From contig OY759746.1 of assembly GCA_963662795.1 (NCBI GenBank), forward strand, positions 928,001-992,000: 64,000 bases of DNA, in the 5' to 3' direction. Under the pieces are notes generated by a model. The model was not told where the DNA came from. It did no database searches and worked only from the letters and a program-made list of their open reading frames with translations. The DNA comes from Spirochaetia bacterium. Lineage in GTDB: Bacteria; Spirochaetota; Spirochaetia; CADAEX01. Shown in pieces: positions 48,239-58,796 of the stretch (positions are counted from its first letter, which is position 1; the number at the start of each line of letters is the position of its first letter). Made by a program: the position numbers and the translations under genes.

Positions 48239-51007
48239 TTGAAAGGATTTAATGAGAAAATACCGGGCAGATGGGCCGCCTGGTCCGTAACACAATATAA
48301 AAAAGCGCTTCTGCTTGTATTACTCATAACAGCTGCTGCCGGCATCGGAATTTCCTTTTTGTCAATGGAGATGACCTTTTTTTCAATACTCCCCAGGGAA
48401 TCTTCCCAGGTGAGAGACCTTGAAAAAATCACACAGGAATTTGCCTCCTCTTCACAGATTATTCTGGTCATTGATGCAAGGGATATTGAGGACCCTTCAG
48501 AAGCGGAGAAAACTGTCAGGAAAACAATAAAAGCCATGACAGAGGAATTCTCAAAGCCCAGGTGGTCAGGAACGCTTTCAGGAGTTACTTCAGGGACAGA
48601 CATTGATTTTATCAGAAAGCACTCAATGATGCTTACCGGTCCGGAAGACCAGAGGCGGATAATTGATATTTTCGGGAACCCCGATTTTGTCCCCTTTCTG
48701 ACCCGCCTTAATGATGACTTTGAAAGGGAATACTCAGGAAATGATAAAAATCTTGAGGATGATGAGGTGGAAGCAACTGCACAAATAAGGGGACTTGCGC
48801 AGATACTTAACCTCCTTGAAAATCAACTTTCCGGAAAATTTTTTTCAGATAATGATATGGATGCGGCACTGGATCAGTTTCTTTTCGGTGATTCCCTCAT
48901 ACTAAGCCGGAACAATAAAATGGGAATCATCATGCTCAGGCCCGGTTTTACTGTGGATGATTTTTTAAGGTTTACGGAAATTGAGGACCTTGAAAAGCGG
49001 GCTAATGAAATTGCTGCCGGTTTTGGCGTAAGGGCTGGATTTACAGGATTTCTTGTCGTTGGAAAAGATGAGATGGTAACATCCGAACAGGGCCTGGGAG
49101 CCTCTATGGCCGCGGCTTTTATTATAGTCATTCTCCTGATGGTCCTGGTTTTCAGGATGAAATCCGTACCGCTGATTGCGGGAGTTCCCCTTTTTCTCGG
49201 GATATTCTGGACAGCCGGGATTACAGGCTTTGTCGTTCACAGGCTTAACATAATGACAGCCATGTATATGGTAGCTCTCATAGGGCTCGGGATTGATTAT
49301 GCCATCCATATTCTCTCTTCCTATATCCAGTTCCGGGATCAGGGGCTGGATTTTAAACCGGCCATAATTAAAGCATACAGCACCAGCGGTCCCGGTATTA
49401 TAACCGGAGGCCTTACAACCGCGGCGGCCTTTCTCGCACTTATGTTTGCAAGAACGTCAATGGTAAGCGAGCTCGGACTGGTGGCAGGCCTCGGTATTCT
49501 CTGTGAAATGACAGCAATGCTCATGCTGATTCCCCCTTTACTTGCCATGCGTCACAACAGGCTTATGAATAAGGGGAAACCCGACAGCGTACACTTCGGA
49601 AAAATAAAAATCAGGTCAAATATGGCTTCCGGTCTTGGAAAGATGGTAGTACGCAGACCCGGGTTTTATGTACTGCTTCTTTTTTTCACAGGAATCGCGC
49701 TGGCCACACAGGCAGGGAAAGTCCGGATCGAAGACAACATGATGAATATGGAAGCCAGGGGTTTAAAGTCAATTGAGCTTCAGGACACTCTTGTGGAAGA
49801 GTTTTCAATGGCAGTGGATGGACTTCAAATCATCTCAGGCGATCTTGATGAAATAAGCCCCCTTTCAGATAAACTAAAAAATCTTGAGTCTGTAAAATCT
49901 GTCGAAGCTGTTTCCATTTTTCTTCCCGGCGGCAGAGAATACATGGAAAGGCTGCCGTTCACAAATGAATTAAAAATCATACTTTCAAATGCAGATGAAT
50001 CGCAAGCAGTTGATGCCGCCTCTTTAAGGGATGAACTTTACCGCCTTGAAATGAACCTGATTGAAATGGGCGACATGGCTTATCTGGGGCAGATGAGGAG
50101 GCTCAGCAATGAACTTAACAGCCTTACAGCTCTTGATGAAAACGGGGTAAAGACCGGGCAGAGTGTTTTTGACAGGATTGGGTTTACCCTTGAAAATCCG
50201 GCTGAGAATGTGCAGGACAGCCTGGATAGTTTCCAGAATAAAATGCGCGTCCCGTTACTTGCAAGGCTTAATGATATGTCAAACACGGAAAAAATCACTC
50301 AGGACTCACTTCCGGATTCAGTTAAGGATTCCTATATCTCGAAGGACGGAAAATCCTATCTGATATCAATTATTCCCAGGCAGAACCCATGGGAGGGGGA
50401 TTTCAGGAAAATCCTTGCAGCTCAGACAGCTTCCGTTACAAACCGCGCCACCGGAATGATACTTGCAGCGGACCAGATGAATAATGCCGCAAGAATTGAC
50501 GGCCTCTTTGCGGTGAAAATAGCGGTAACTGCAGTTTTTTTACTCCTTCTCCTGGATTTCCGGAACATCAAACTTGCGGCAATCACATTTATCCCCCTTA
50601 TAATGTCATTCGCCGGGCTTTTTGGAATCATGGCGGTAACAGGAATAAAATTTGATTTTCTGAATATCATCTCAATACCGCTGCTGATCGGCATCGGGGT
50701 TGATAACGCCGTCCACATCAATCACCGTTATCTGCTGGAAGGTAAAGGAAACATGGACAAAGTCATCGGCGCGACAGGCACTGCTGTTTTCCTTGCGACA
50801 CTGACTACAATTATAGGATTCGGGTCTTTTATCCCTTCCATCATGAGGGCAATGAGGGGAACGGGGATAGTGCTTGTCATAGCTATGGCGCTGGCCTTTA
50901 TCAACTCTGTACTTCTTTACCCCGGAATACTTATTTATATACGCGAAAAGGCGGGATGGTCTATTATGCCTTGGGGCAGAGGGAAAAAGGAGCAGTATAA
51001 TGAATAA
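48239..51007 (+). CDS. MMPL/HAE3 family RND transporter
   Basis: About 920 aa with two repeats carrying GLGIDYAIH and GIGVDNAVH; TTG at 48239 follows GGAG (ORF track starts at 48209). Confidence 0.9.
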   Translation: MKGFNEKIPGRWAAWSVTQYKKALLLVLLITAAAGIGISFLSMEMTFFSILPRESSQVRDLEKITQEFASSSQIILVIDARDIEDPSEAEKTVRKTIKAMTEEFSKPRWSGTLSGVTSGTDIDFIRKHSMMLTGPEDQRRIIDIFGNPDFVPFLTRLNDDFEREYSGNDKNLEDDEVEATAQIRGLAQILNLLENQLSGKFFSDNDMDAALDQFLFGDSLILSRNNKMGIIMLRPGFTVDDFLRFTEIEDLEKRANEIAAGFGVRAGFTGFLVVGKDEMVTSEQGLGASMAAAFIIVILLMVLVFRMKSVPLIAGVPLFLGIFWTAGITGFVVHRLNIMTAMYMVALIGLGIDYAIHILSSYIQFRDQGLDFKPAIIKAYSTSGPGIITGGLTTAAAFLALMFARTSMVSELGLVAGLGILCEMTAMLMLIPPLLAMRHNRLMNKGKPDSVHFGKIKIRSNMASGLGKMVVRRPGFYVLLLFFTGIALATQAGKVRIEDNMMNMEARGLKSIELQDTLVEEFSMAVDGLQIISGDLDEISPLSDKLKNLESVKSVEAVSIFLPGGREYMERLPFTNELKIILSNADESQAVDAASLRDELYRLEMNLIEMGDMAYLGQMRRLSNELNSLTALDENGVKTGQSVFDRIGFTLENPAENVQDSLDSFQNKMRVPLLARLNDMSNTEKITQDSLPDSVKDSYISKDGKSYLISIIPRQNPWEGDFRKILAAQTASVTNRATGMILAADQMNNAARIDGLFAVKIAVTAVFLLLLLDFRNIKLAAITFIPLIMSFAGLFGIMAVTGIKFDFLNIISIPLLIGIGVDNAVHINHRYLLEGKGNMDKVIGATGTAVFLATLTTIIGFGSFIPSIMRAMRGTGIVLVIAMALAFINSVLLYPGILIYIREKAGWSIMPWGRGKKEQYNE

Positions 51008-51767
51008 AAAAACTTACTATGCAGCAGTATCAATGCTTTTATGGGGACTTGCCTCAATCGGGGCCCAGACAGCGCAGGAGATAATTGAAAAGGCTGACAG
51101 GATTTTCACGGTAAACAATCAGCTGTACCAGAGGTGCAGCATGACGATTACAAAAGGCGGAAAAGAGCTGCCTGTCCAGATTATGGACTCCTGGTACCTG
51201 AAAGAAGATAGAGTGTCAAAAAGCCTTACCCTGTTTATCAAACCGGAGCGGGTAAAGGGAACTGCATACCTTACAATAGGGGATGACCTCTGGGTAAAAT
51301 TTTCATCAACCGGGAGGATCAGAAAAATGAGTTCCTCCGCCAAGAAGAACTCAGCAGGGGGCAGCGATTTTTCATACAGCGATATGGGTGAAGGAAATGA
51401 CGGGTTTGCTGTAAAATACCGCGGCGCCATCGACGGAAGTGAAAAAATCAGCGGAATGCAGTGCTACCGCATCGTACTCACACCCCGGGGAACATCGGAT
51501 GATGTCTATGAAAAAGCTGTCGCCTGGATATCTGAAAGTGATTTCAGATATCTGAAGATTGAGCTTTATGAGAACGGGGCTCACATCAAGACCATGTCCT
51601 TAACTGACTACAAACCCCTGAAGAACATTTTATACCCATACACAGTCAGTATGGAAAGTCTGGCCCGGAATTCAGTTTCAGTCATCGAGACACTTGAAAT
51701 TGAAGCAGACAGCCCGAAAGTGGAAAGCCGGTTCTTCAGCCAGTCCTGGATGGAGTCTGCAAAATGA
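51000..51767 (+). CDS. LolA-like 'outer membrane lipoprotein-sorting' periplasmic protein
   Basis: Signal peptide, TAQEII..AD, PERVKGTAYL..GDDLW and GSDFSYSDM motifs. Confidence 0.85.
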   Translation: MNKKTYYAAVSMLLWGLASIGAQTAQEIIEKADRIFTVNNQLYQRCSMTITKGGKELPVQIMDSWYLKEDRVSKSLTLFIKPERVKGTAYLTIGDDLWVKFSSTGRIRKMSSSAKKNSAGGSDFSYSDMGEGNDGFAVKYRGAIDGSEKISGMQCYRIVLTPRGTSDDVYEKAVAWISESDFRYLKIELYENGAHIKTMSLTDYKPLKNILYPYTVSMESLARNSVSVIETLEIEADSPKVESRFFSQSWMESAK

Positions 51768-51777
51768 GGAAGTTGCT

Positions 51778-53037
51778 ATGCAGAGTCTGAAAAATCTTTT
51801 TTCGGCATTATTTATCCTTATCATCCTCGCTCTCCCCGGCAGCATCTTTGCTGTTTCATTTTACGGAAAGGCGGAAACCCTCTTTGATTTCATGTTTCCG
51901 ATAGAGACAGGGTCAGACAGGTATGACTCACTGTTAAATCCCCACAATATAGCGGGGATAAATGACATATCAGCCGCAGCAGATGTTACAGTTAAGCTTG
52001 AAGATGAAGGTGAAAAAGGGAATTTTGCCCTTTGGGTAACGCTTGACTCGGAAACGGATACGGGAAGTTATGACAAGGCGGAACTCGATCTGCTGCGACT
52101 CACTTACGACTGGCGCATAACTGATACAATGCGGATAACAGCCGGGCGCATGAGCTTTTTAACCGGCTACGGATACGGATGGAATCCCATGGATCTTGCA
52201 AACCCGCTTAAAGATCCGTCAAATCCTGATCAGGAGCTTAAAGGGGTGGATGCCGTTTCATTTACATGGGACAGGGGCGGATTTTTTCAGGCCAGGGGGT
52301 ACACATTGCTTCAGACATCAGAGCCCGGCCGCATCGCATACGAAGAGGTAAAAGCAGGCGCGGAACTTACCTTTCTTCTCCCTCTGACAGAATTAAAACT
52401 CTCAGCCCTTACCGGGGCAGAACCTGATACAGGCAGGATTGAAAGTCTGCCCCGATCAATCGGGATGGGCTTTCTTATGGATATTGCAGGGGCCGGAATT
52501 TACGCCGAAGGAGCATTCAGGGAAAGACGGCGAACAGGAGTTCCGGGAGACAGCGGCGATTATGAGCTGAGGGCAGATGATGATCCGGTGTTCTCGGCTC
52601 TTGCCGGAATTGAATACTATTTCAAGTCGGAACTTGCGCTCATTGCGGAATATTTTTACAACGGTGAAGGATTCGGTCGGGGTGAGCGCTCTGATTTCAA
52701 AGAAGCCTTAAAATACTATAACAGCACAACAACAGGGTACGCGCCTGAAGAATACTATGAACTCTACAGGCCGGGATATTTTGCACGGCATTATCTGCTT
52801 TTAAACCTGACCTTCCCATTATATGATCTTGAATCAGAAACAGGTCTTACCGTTATCGGATCTCCGGATTCGCGCATGATTTCAGCAACCCCCCGGTGGA
52901 AGATACTGCCTGCCGGAAGTTTTGAGATTGAAATATCATACTCAGGCCTTTTCAGCCTGGACGACGGACAGTACAATGAGGCATGGCTTTCCCCGCTAAA
53001 ACACAGCGCATCACTTGCAACAACTTATCACTTTTAA
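51778..53037 (+). CDS. putative outer-membrane beta-barrel protein
   Basis: Signal peptide, amphipathic strands, AGR....G.G..WNPMD...GVDA, EYFYNGEG, C-terminal TYHF; ATG at 51778 with GAGG RBS. Confidence 0.65.
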   Translation: MQSLKNLFSALFILIILALPGSIFAVSFYGKAETLFDFMFPIETGSDRYDSLLNPHNIAGINDISAAADVTVKLEDEGEKGNFALWVTLDSETDTGSYDKAELDLLRLTYDWRITDTMRITAGRMSFLTGYGYGWNPMDLANPLKDPSNPDQELKGVDAVSFTWDRGGFFQARGYTLLQTSEPGRIAYEEVKAGAELTFLLPLTELKLSALTGAEPDTGRIESLPRSIGMGFLMDIAGAGIYAEGAFRERRRTGVPGDSGDYELRADDDPVFSALAGIEYYFKSELALIAEYFYNGEGFGRGERSDFKEALKYYNSTTTGYAPEEYYELYRPGYFARHYLLLNLTFPLYDLESETGLTVIGSPDSRMISATPRWKILPAGSFEIEISYSGLFSLDDGQYNEAWLSPLKHSASLATTYHF

Positions 53038-53099
53038 TTTTTTTGGTTAGGAGACGGTATGAGACACACAGAATGATGCTATAGGCTTCAATTTGTTTA

Positions 53100-53309
53100 T
53101 CAGTTTATTTTTCGTTTTTCCATCAATTGCCCTGTAATATATTTATGAAGAACGCTTTTAACAAAAGTCTGATATTTTAGACCCTGGCTATTTGCTAATT
53201 CCTTAATTTTTTTTAATTCATAAGGATCAGTTCTTATATATATTTTTGTCTCTTTCTTGAGAAATTTTAAAGTTGCATTTTTAAATGCCACGGATGCATA
53301 TGATTCCAT
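53100..53309 (-). CDS. antitoxin (BrnA/CopG-like RHH), probably internally deleted
   Basis: IYIR....L..IK..A...GLKYQTFVKSVLHKY motif; directly downstream of a toxin remnant. Confidence 0.7.
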   Translation of the reverse strand: MESYASVAFKNATLKFLKKETKIYIRTDPYELKKIKELANSQGLKYQTFVKSVLHKYITGQLMEKRKIN

Positions 53310-53322
53310 TATTTTTTTATTT

Positions 53323-53579
53323 TCATCCTCCTTGTTTATGAGATACCAGAAATTTTCTATTGGGGAAAATAGTTTTCAAATACCATGTACTTCCATTTCT
53401 CACATACGGTATACAATATGGATAATCATCATCCATTGATTGGGATATTTTTTCTCATTAGGGTTTTATAAATTTAATAAAATTCCATTCCCGGATATTG
53501 CTTCAATAATCTGGTGGAATGTAATTCCATGCTCGCTAAAAAGAATTTCATTTTTTTCTTTATTGAAATCAAACTCCAT
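53323..53579 (-). pseudogene. BrnT-like type II toxin pseudogene
   Basis: Manual translation MEFDFNKEKNEILFSEHGITFHQIIEAISGNGILLNL*NPNEKKYPNQW, then a frameshift to DDYPYCIPYVRNGSTWYLKTIFPNRKF; in-frame TAA at 53468-53466; absent from the ORF track. Confidence 0.8.
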
Positions 53580-53699
53580 GAGTTAAAATAGCTTTTGTGC
53601 GCACTTTGTCAATCATTTATTTTTAAAGTATTTCTTGCTTATTTACCTGAGATAGAAACTATATCCTGCCAGAACAAAGGAAGCAGGCACACCCGGTGA

Positions 53700-54440
53700 T
53701 CACTTCCTCAGCGACGCCTTCGAAAAGATGTAATCAGGGACTTTTTCGTCAAAGGAGATGGACTCGATCAGCAGCTCTGTACCGGAACCTTCCTTAAGGA
53801 CATCCTTGTAGGTTGCTGATGTTGCGACCCACCGCCCTTCTATCATCGAGACAGAATGGACATCAACCTGCTTCAGGAGTCTGCCGCTTTTGGCATAAAG
53901 GTTTTCCTTTAATATCAAATAACGCTCTTTATCAACCCATATTTTTCTCTTCGCATAGGCTGTATTATCTTTTCTGGAAGAGAGGTCTATTATCCATACA
54001 TCACGGCCTTCAATTTTTCCTGTATCTGTAATTTCCCCGTCATACTGGCTGCTCAGGAAAGGGTCCTCCATCATGTCCTCGTATGAAAGGTCAGAGCCCA
54101 TTACCGACTGACGGAGCATGTGGCCGCTTATCATTATTGTCCTGTCAGTTGAAGGCGAGTATGTCCAGAGCTGGTCCCCTAATTTAAGCATCTTGGTCCC
54201 CTTTTCCCGTGGAGGATCAAGATATTCGGTAAATGAGTCGTCAATATTTCTCTGCCATGATTTTGCCCTTACAGTCCTCTCTCCACGCCTTCCGTGTATC
54301 GCCATCTGTGAGATCACGACCTTGCTGTCCGATATTGTATTATCATCAATCTTTTCCAGTATCTCAGCCGGAGAAGGGTTGCTTTGAGAAAAAAGAAAAG
54401 CCGGAGTTATCATAAGGATAACCAGTGCCATATATTTCAT
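53700..54440 (-). CDS. LolA-like 'outer membrane lipoprotein-sorting' periplasmic protein (second copy)
   Basis: Signal peptide, EILEKID, PPREKGTKML..GDQLW, GSDLSYEDM and FSKASL motifs. Confidence 0.88.
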   Translation of the reverse strand: MKYMALVILMITPAFLFSQSNPSPAEILEKIDDNTISDSKVVISQMAIHGRRGERTVRAKSWQRNIDDSFTEYLDPPREKGTKMLKLGDQLWTYSPSTDRTIMISGHMLRQSVMGSDLSYEDMMEDPFLSSQYDGEITDTGKIEGRDVWIIDLSSRKDNTAYAKRKIWVDKERYLILKENLYAKSGRLLKQVDVHSVSMIEGRWVATSATYKDVLKEGSGTELLIESISFDEKVPDYIFSKASLRK

Positions 54441-55711
54441 ACTTCAAGCTCCTTGAATAAACCGGCAGTCTGCCTTCTGTAAATACCTATTCCCGCAATG
54501 GAGGCGCCGAGAACAGTTGATGCAATTCCGGGGATAAAACCGATAAAAAAACTGCCGATGCTTACCCTTGCGCGGTAGACATTTGAAATCATCATGGATG
54601 AGTTTTTCATCAGGTATCCGTAGTCGATTCCGTAAATCTGCATGAGATATGAAACGCCTGTCCCGGCAGCAGTGCCGAGTATGGAACCGAAGATTCCAAT
54701 AAAAAGGGATTCAAGTATAAGTGTTTTATAGATATGGGTCTTGTTCTCGCCTACCGCAAGGCGCACTCCGATTTCACCATACCGCCTCAGGCTTCCCATG
54801 AGTCCTGAGTTCCAGAGCACTATCGACATGACCGCGATAAAAATGGAGACCATGATTACCCCCATTGAATCGATTATTGTGATATAATCGGTAAGTCCGC
54901 TTTCAACAGGAAGTGTTCTCATAAGGGGTGAAAACCTGTCATCAGGGTCTTTATACTGCTTGTTGAATGAGGCGGCTATCTCTACAGCTTTTTCATCGTT
55001 GTATATATCATCAGGGAAATATCCCAGCAGCTCGCCTGCGGTGTCCTGCATATCGAGAGCATCCTGAATATCAGCTATATCAGCCAATATCGCCCCCCTG
55101 TCCATCGCTGAAATCCCGAAACTCACTGTTCCGGCAATTTTAAAATTGTAAATAGCCATACTTCCGAACATGGTTGAGCTGATAAGGGTTGCGGTATCAC
55201 CGGGACCGATATTGAGCTTTCCTGCAAACTCATCTCCGATTAGTATTTCGCCCCTTTCCTTAGGGATTCGTCCCCGTATAATGGATTTTTCTATTCTGAG
55301 AAGACCCCATTCAGGGCTTGATGGAGAAAACAGGTCAACCGCAAGCCCGGTAACAGGGCCCTGTTTTTTTGTCTCACCTTTTTCGTCAGGAATATCTAGA
55401 AGACCGCCGAATTTGATTCTCGTTGTCCAGATCATATCAGGATAATTATCTTTAAGGATTTGTGTTATTTCATTAATCCCTGTAAGGGCCAGATCGTTGG
55501 GTGTCTGGTTCGATTCTTCAGCATAGGCCTGAGTCATTACCTTAACATGGCCGGTCTGATAACGGGCGGTTGAATTTATCATATCCGCAATTACACCGTT
55601 CATAAAGGAGTAGAGCACAACGGCAAGGAATACGCCTGAAAATACGGTTAAAACAGGGAAGAGAGAACGGGACCTGTCACGGAGCAGCCCTTTTATTAAA
55701 AATTTTATCAT
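54437..55711 (-). CDS. ABC transporter permease, FtsX/LolE/MacB-like
   Basis: RDRSRS, N-terminal TM plus large periplasmic domain; RRYGEIGVRLAVG...ILES. Confidence 0.9.
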   Translation of the reverse strand: MIKFLIKGLLRDRSRSLFPVLTVFSGVFLAVVLYSFMNGVIADMINSTARYQTGHVKVMTQAYAEESNQTPNDLALTGINEITQILKDNYPDMIWTTRIKFGGLLDIPDEKGETKKQGPVTGLAVDLFSPSSPEWGLLRIEKSIIRGRIPKERGEILIGDEFAGKLNIGPGDTATLISSTMFGSMAIYNFKIAGTVSFGISAMDRGAILADIADIQDALDMQDTAGELLGYFPDDIYNDEKAVEIAASFNKQYKDPDDRFSPLMRTLPVESGLTDYITIIDSMGVIMVSIFIAVMSIVLWNSGLMGSLRRYGEIGVRLAVGENKTHIYKTLILESLFIGIFGSILGTAAGTGVSYLMQIYGIDYGYLMKNSSMMISNVYRARVSIGSFFIGFIPGIASTVLGASIAGIGIYRRQTAGLFKELEV

Positions 55712-56883
55712 GTCATTTTTCCCCTTAAAGCATCTGTCGGTTCAAGCTTTGCAATTTTTCTTGCCGGCAGATAGCTCACAATCGTGGTAACAGTTAAAAC
55801 AAGAAGGATTGAACCTGCGACAAGGGCTCCGGTAAACGACGGGAATATCCTGTTCCCTATGGCAAGACCGAAGTCGTCGGTAGATTCAGGCAGACCGAAA
55901 CCGGTTCTGGCTGAATATGCAAGCAGCGGTATTCCGTATATGGCAGCCGCAACCGCGGCAAGGACTGAGTGGACAGCACCTTCAAGAGTAAAAAGCTGAA
56001 TAAGGGTGCCGCGGGTCATGCCGAGGGCCATAAGGGTCCCCATCTCTTTTCTGCGCCTGAATATGGAAAGTATCTGCGTGTCAAAAAGGGCAAGCATGGC
56101 AAGCAGCAGCAGAATTATGTAAAAGATACTTCCTCCAATGGATTTTGTGAGAAAAAGGGCCCTGATATCCTTCAATAGAAATTCAAGGTTTTTATGGTTC
56201 CAGCCCTCAGCTTTTTCAGCAAACTGAGAACCGCTCTTAAGCACGACAATTGTTGCCTCACCTTTCATATTCATCATTTCCCGCATCTTTTCTATCGGAA
56301 TCCACAGCTGACCATTGTCGATTCCTGAATCATCTGTTTTCATGACATTGGAAATAAAAAATTCATCAGCGTCAAAGGTTCCGTTGGTATCGCGCCACCT
56401 GACTATTACATAATCTCCCTTTTTCAGTCCGGTACTTTTTGCCATTCTGCGGCCGATCAGGGCGGGTATGGAGGGCCCTCCGTTTTCAAGAACACCGGAA
56501 GGAATTGAAAGTATTTTCTGTTCCGGTGAAATCCCTTTCAGAAGGGCATTCTGAAACCTTCCACTGGGATATATTGATGCCGCCCTGATAAGGATAGGGA
56601 TTGCTTCTCCCCTGTCGATAAGGGTCTGAAGATTATCCGGTGTTTTACCATGTGCATCATCAAGAGTGAGGGGATCGAACGGATCATAACTGCTGTGCCA
56701 GTACTGTCCGCCGGCATATTCGGCTTCCCTGGCAATTTTTTCCATCTGGTCGCTCATTCCGTTGTAAAGCCCCTGCATGTATATAATGGCGACAAAAGAG
56801 AATGAGAGCGCGATGACGTTAAGCCATGTCCTGAGTCCCGCCCCGAATATGTTTTTAAAGGCAAGTTTAATAATAAGCATCAC
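55708..56883 (-). CDS. ABC transporter permease, FtsX/LolC/MacB-like
   Basis: LAFKN...RT, RRKEMGTLMALG and YLPARKIAKLEPTDALR motifs. Confidence 0.9.
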   Translation of the reverse strand: MMLIIKLAFKNIFGAGLRTWLNVIALSFSFVAIIYMQGLYNGMSDQMEKIAREAEYAGGQYWHSSYDPFDPLTLDDAHGKTPDNLQTLIDRGEAIPILIRAASIYPSGRFQNALLKGISPEQKILSIPSGVLENGGPSIPALIGRRMAKSTGLKKGDYVIVRWRDTNGTFDADEFFISNVMKTDDSGIDNGQLWIPIEKMREMMNMKGEATIVVLKSGSQFAEKAEGWNHKNLEFLLKDIRALFLTKSIGGSIFYIILLLLAMLALFDTQILSIFRRRKEMGTLMALGMTRGTLIQLFTLEGAVHSVLAAVAAAIYGIPLLAYSARTGFGLPESTDDFGLAIGNRIFPSFTGALVAGSILLVLTVTTIVSYLPARKIAKLEPTDALRGKMT

Positions 56884-57638
56884 TTATCCTCCCCTGCAGT
56901 TCTCTCATCCTTTGCAGCCCGTCCGTCGTTAAGCGTAATTATTCTTTTAAGATAGCGCATGACTTTTTCATCATGTGTCGCGAATATAAATGTAGTTTTA
57001 AGATTTTCATTTAGCCGGGCCATCGTATCCATTATGTTACGGGAATTTTCAGCATCAAGATTGGCCGTAGGCTCATCAGCCAGGACAAGCGCGGGCTTTT
57101 TTACTATTGCCCTCGCAATGGCCACCCTCTGGCTCTGTCCGCCTGAAAGCTGCATGGGTTTTGAAAAAGCCCTGTCGGCAAGGCCTACCCATTCCAGAGC
57201 ATCCATGACAAGCTTTTTCCGCTCAGCCGAGGAGAAGTTTTGAAGTAAAAGAGGAAATTCCACATTCTCATAAACAGAATATACCGGCAGCAGATTGAAA
57301 GTCTGAAATATAAATCCGATATGATGATTGCGCAGTTCTGCCGCCTCCCTGTGAGTGAGCGTTTCAACTTTCTTGCCCATAACAATGGCGCTCCCCTTTG
57401 TCGGGGAGTCAAGAGAGCCCATTATATTTAAAAGTGTGGTTTTCCCGGACCCTGACGGGCCGACAAGACCGGCGAAATCCCCTTTTGCGAAGGTGAGGTT
57501 TATATTATCGAGGGCTGTCAGGGTTGTAAGGCCGATAGGGTAAATCTTGCTCAGGTTTTCCGTTTTAATAAGATATGTACTATCTGTTTCAGCTTCCATG
57601 AGGCTATTTACCTTATTTTTTTCCACTATTTTCTCCAT
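56880..57638 (-). CDS. ABC transporter ATP-binding protein, LolD/MacB-like
   Basis: GPSGSGKTT, GFIFQTFNL, LSGGQSQRVAIARA, LADEPTANLD and ATHD motifs. Confidence 0.95.
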   Translation of the reverse strand: MEKIVEKNKVNSLMEAETDSTYLIKTENLSKIYPIGLTTLTALDNINLTFAKGDFAGLVGPSGSGKTTLLNIMGSLDSPTKGSAIVMGKKVETLTHREAAELRNHHIGFIFQTFNLLPVYSVYENVEFPLLLQNFSSAERKKLVMDALEWVGLADRAFSKPMQLSGGQSQRVAIARAIVKKPALVLADEPTANLDAENSRNIMDTMARLNENLKTTFIFATHDEKVMRYLKRIITLNDGRAAKDERTAGEDK

Positions 57639-57650
57639 CTTTTTCTCCGT

Positions 57651-58796
57651 TTAATAATTATATATAGTCATTATCTGAAATCCGTTTCCCGCCGCTGATG
57701 TGAATGAACTGCCGGAGACTGTTCCGCCGGCATCAGGATTCAAAAAACCGGAGATGTTGATTGTCCAGCTGTCATAAACCCGCTGCCACTGGAGAGTGAG
57801 ATAATTATCGTTATTTGTAATATCGAAGTAGTAAATTCCTGATACCCGGTCCAGCAGGGAAAGAGGATAACCGGCCCGGGCCCCCATAAACTGTGAACGG
57901 AGAAATGAGGTATCATCAAAGACATCCTCCCCTCCTGATGCGCTGAAAAATTCACAGAGTATATTTAAGCCGTATCCAATATTAAAAGTGTAATCAGCTC
58001 CGATTGTCCACATTGTGCTGTATTTCATGAAATCAATATCTGTATCCCGCTGTGTAACCGCCGCCTCAAACCACATTCCGATTACAGCGTCAAGCTTAAT
58101 ATCAAAAGCACAGTTGTTTTCCGTCACGTTTTCGTCATCCGTCTCCGAAAACAAAATCAGGTTTTCAGTAAAATCAGCTTTCCTGTGATGAAAGCTCAAT
58201 GCAGCTTCCCCGATTGGAAACGGCAACTGAATACGCCCGCCGGGTTCAGGGCTTTTTTCTGCGGTCGGGGAGGTTTCCCACCCTTTGATATCGTCATTGC
58301 CGTATAGACACCAGAGCCATATGTTGGCGTTATTCTGAAAATAGTACCTTCCGAGCAGCCCGTAGACCCCGTCGGTAAGCTCAAGCGGGTCGCGGGGGTC
58401 AATGTGATCAAACCACTTAAGCGGTCTGAATAGCGCTGCCGAACCGAAATTGATCTTTTGTAATCCAGCTCTTAGCTCAAATCTGCTTCCTGAAATGCGG
58501 ACCCAGAGGCGGTACGGCTTTATATCCGCCTCATTTACAGGGTCTTCCCCGTTTTCAAGTTCCGAGCTGCCGTAACTGTTAAGTGCTATCTGTGAGTCGA
58601 AATAGAGTTGGTCCGAAAGCGGCATTTCAAGCGTAAGCTCTGGAATATAGCGGTAGCCGAGCTGCGTGACAGGAAAATTATCCCCGATTCCTGCCGCCCA
58701 CCCTGAAATCTGGCCGCGGGAAGAGGCTGCCTGCGCAAAAACCATCCCATGTGAAAAAGAGATCAGCAAAATTAATATCCTTACATTTTTATACAA
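57651..58796 (-). CDS. putative outer-membrane beta-barrel protein
   Basis: TTG at 58796 with AGGAG RBS gives a signal peptide (ILILLISFSHGMVFA); YRLW, AGLQKINFG...RP...DP.DP....GV; C-terminal IYNY. Confidence 0.65.
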   Translation of the reverse strand: MYKNVRILILLISFSHGMVFAQAASSRGQISGWAAGIGDNFPVTQLGYRYIPELTLEMPLSDQLYFDSQIALNSYGSSELENGEDPVNEADIKPYRLWVRISGSRFELRAGLQKINFGSAALFRPLKWFDHIDPRDPLELTDGVYGLLGRYYFQNNANIWLWCLYGNDDIKGWETSPTAEKSPEPGGRIQLPFPIGEAALSFHHRKADFTENLILFSETDDENVTENNCAFDIKLDAVIGMWFEAAVTQRDTDIDFMKYSTMWTIGADYTFNIGYGLNILCEFFSASGGEDVFDDTSFLRSQFMGARAGYPLSLLDRVSGIYYFDITNNDNYLTLQWQRVYDSWTINISGFLNPDAGGTVSGSSFTSAAGNGFQIMTIYNY

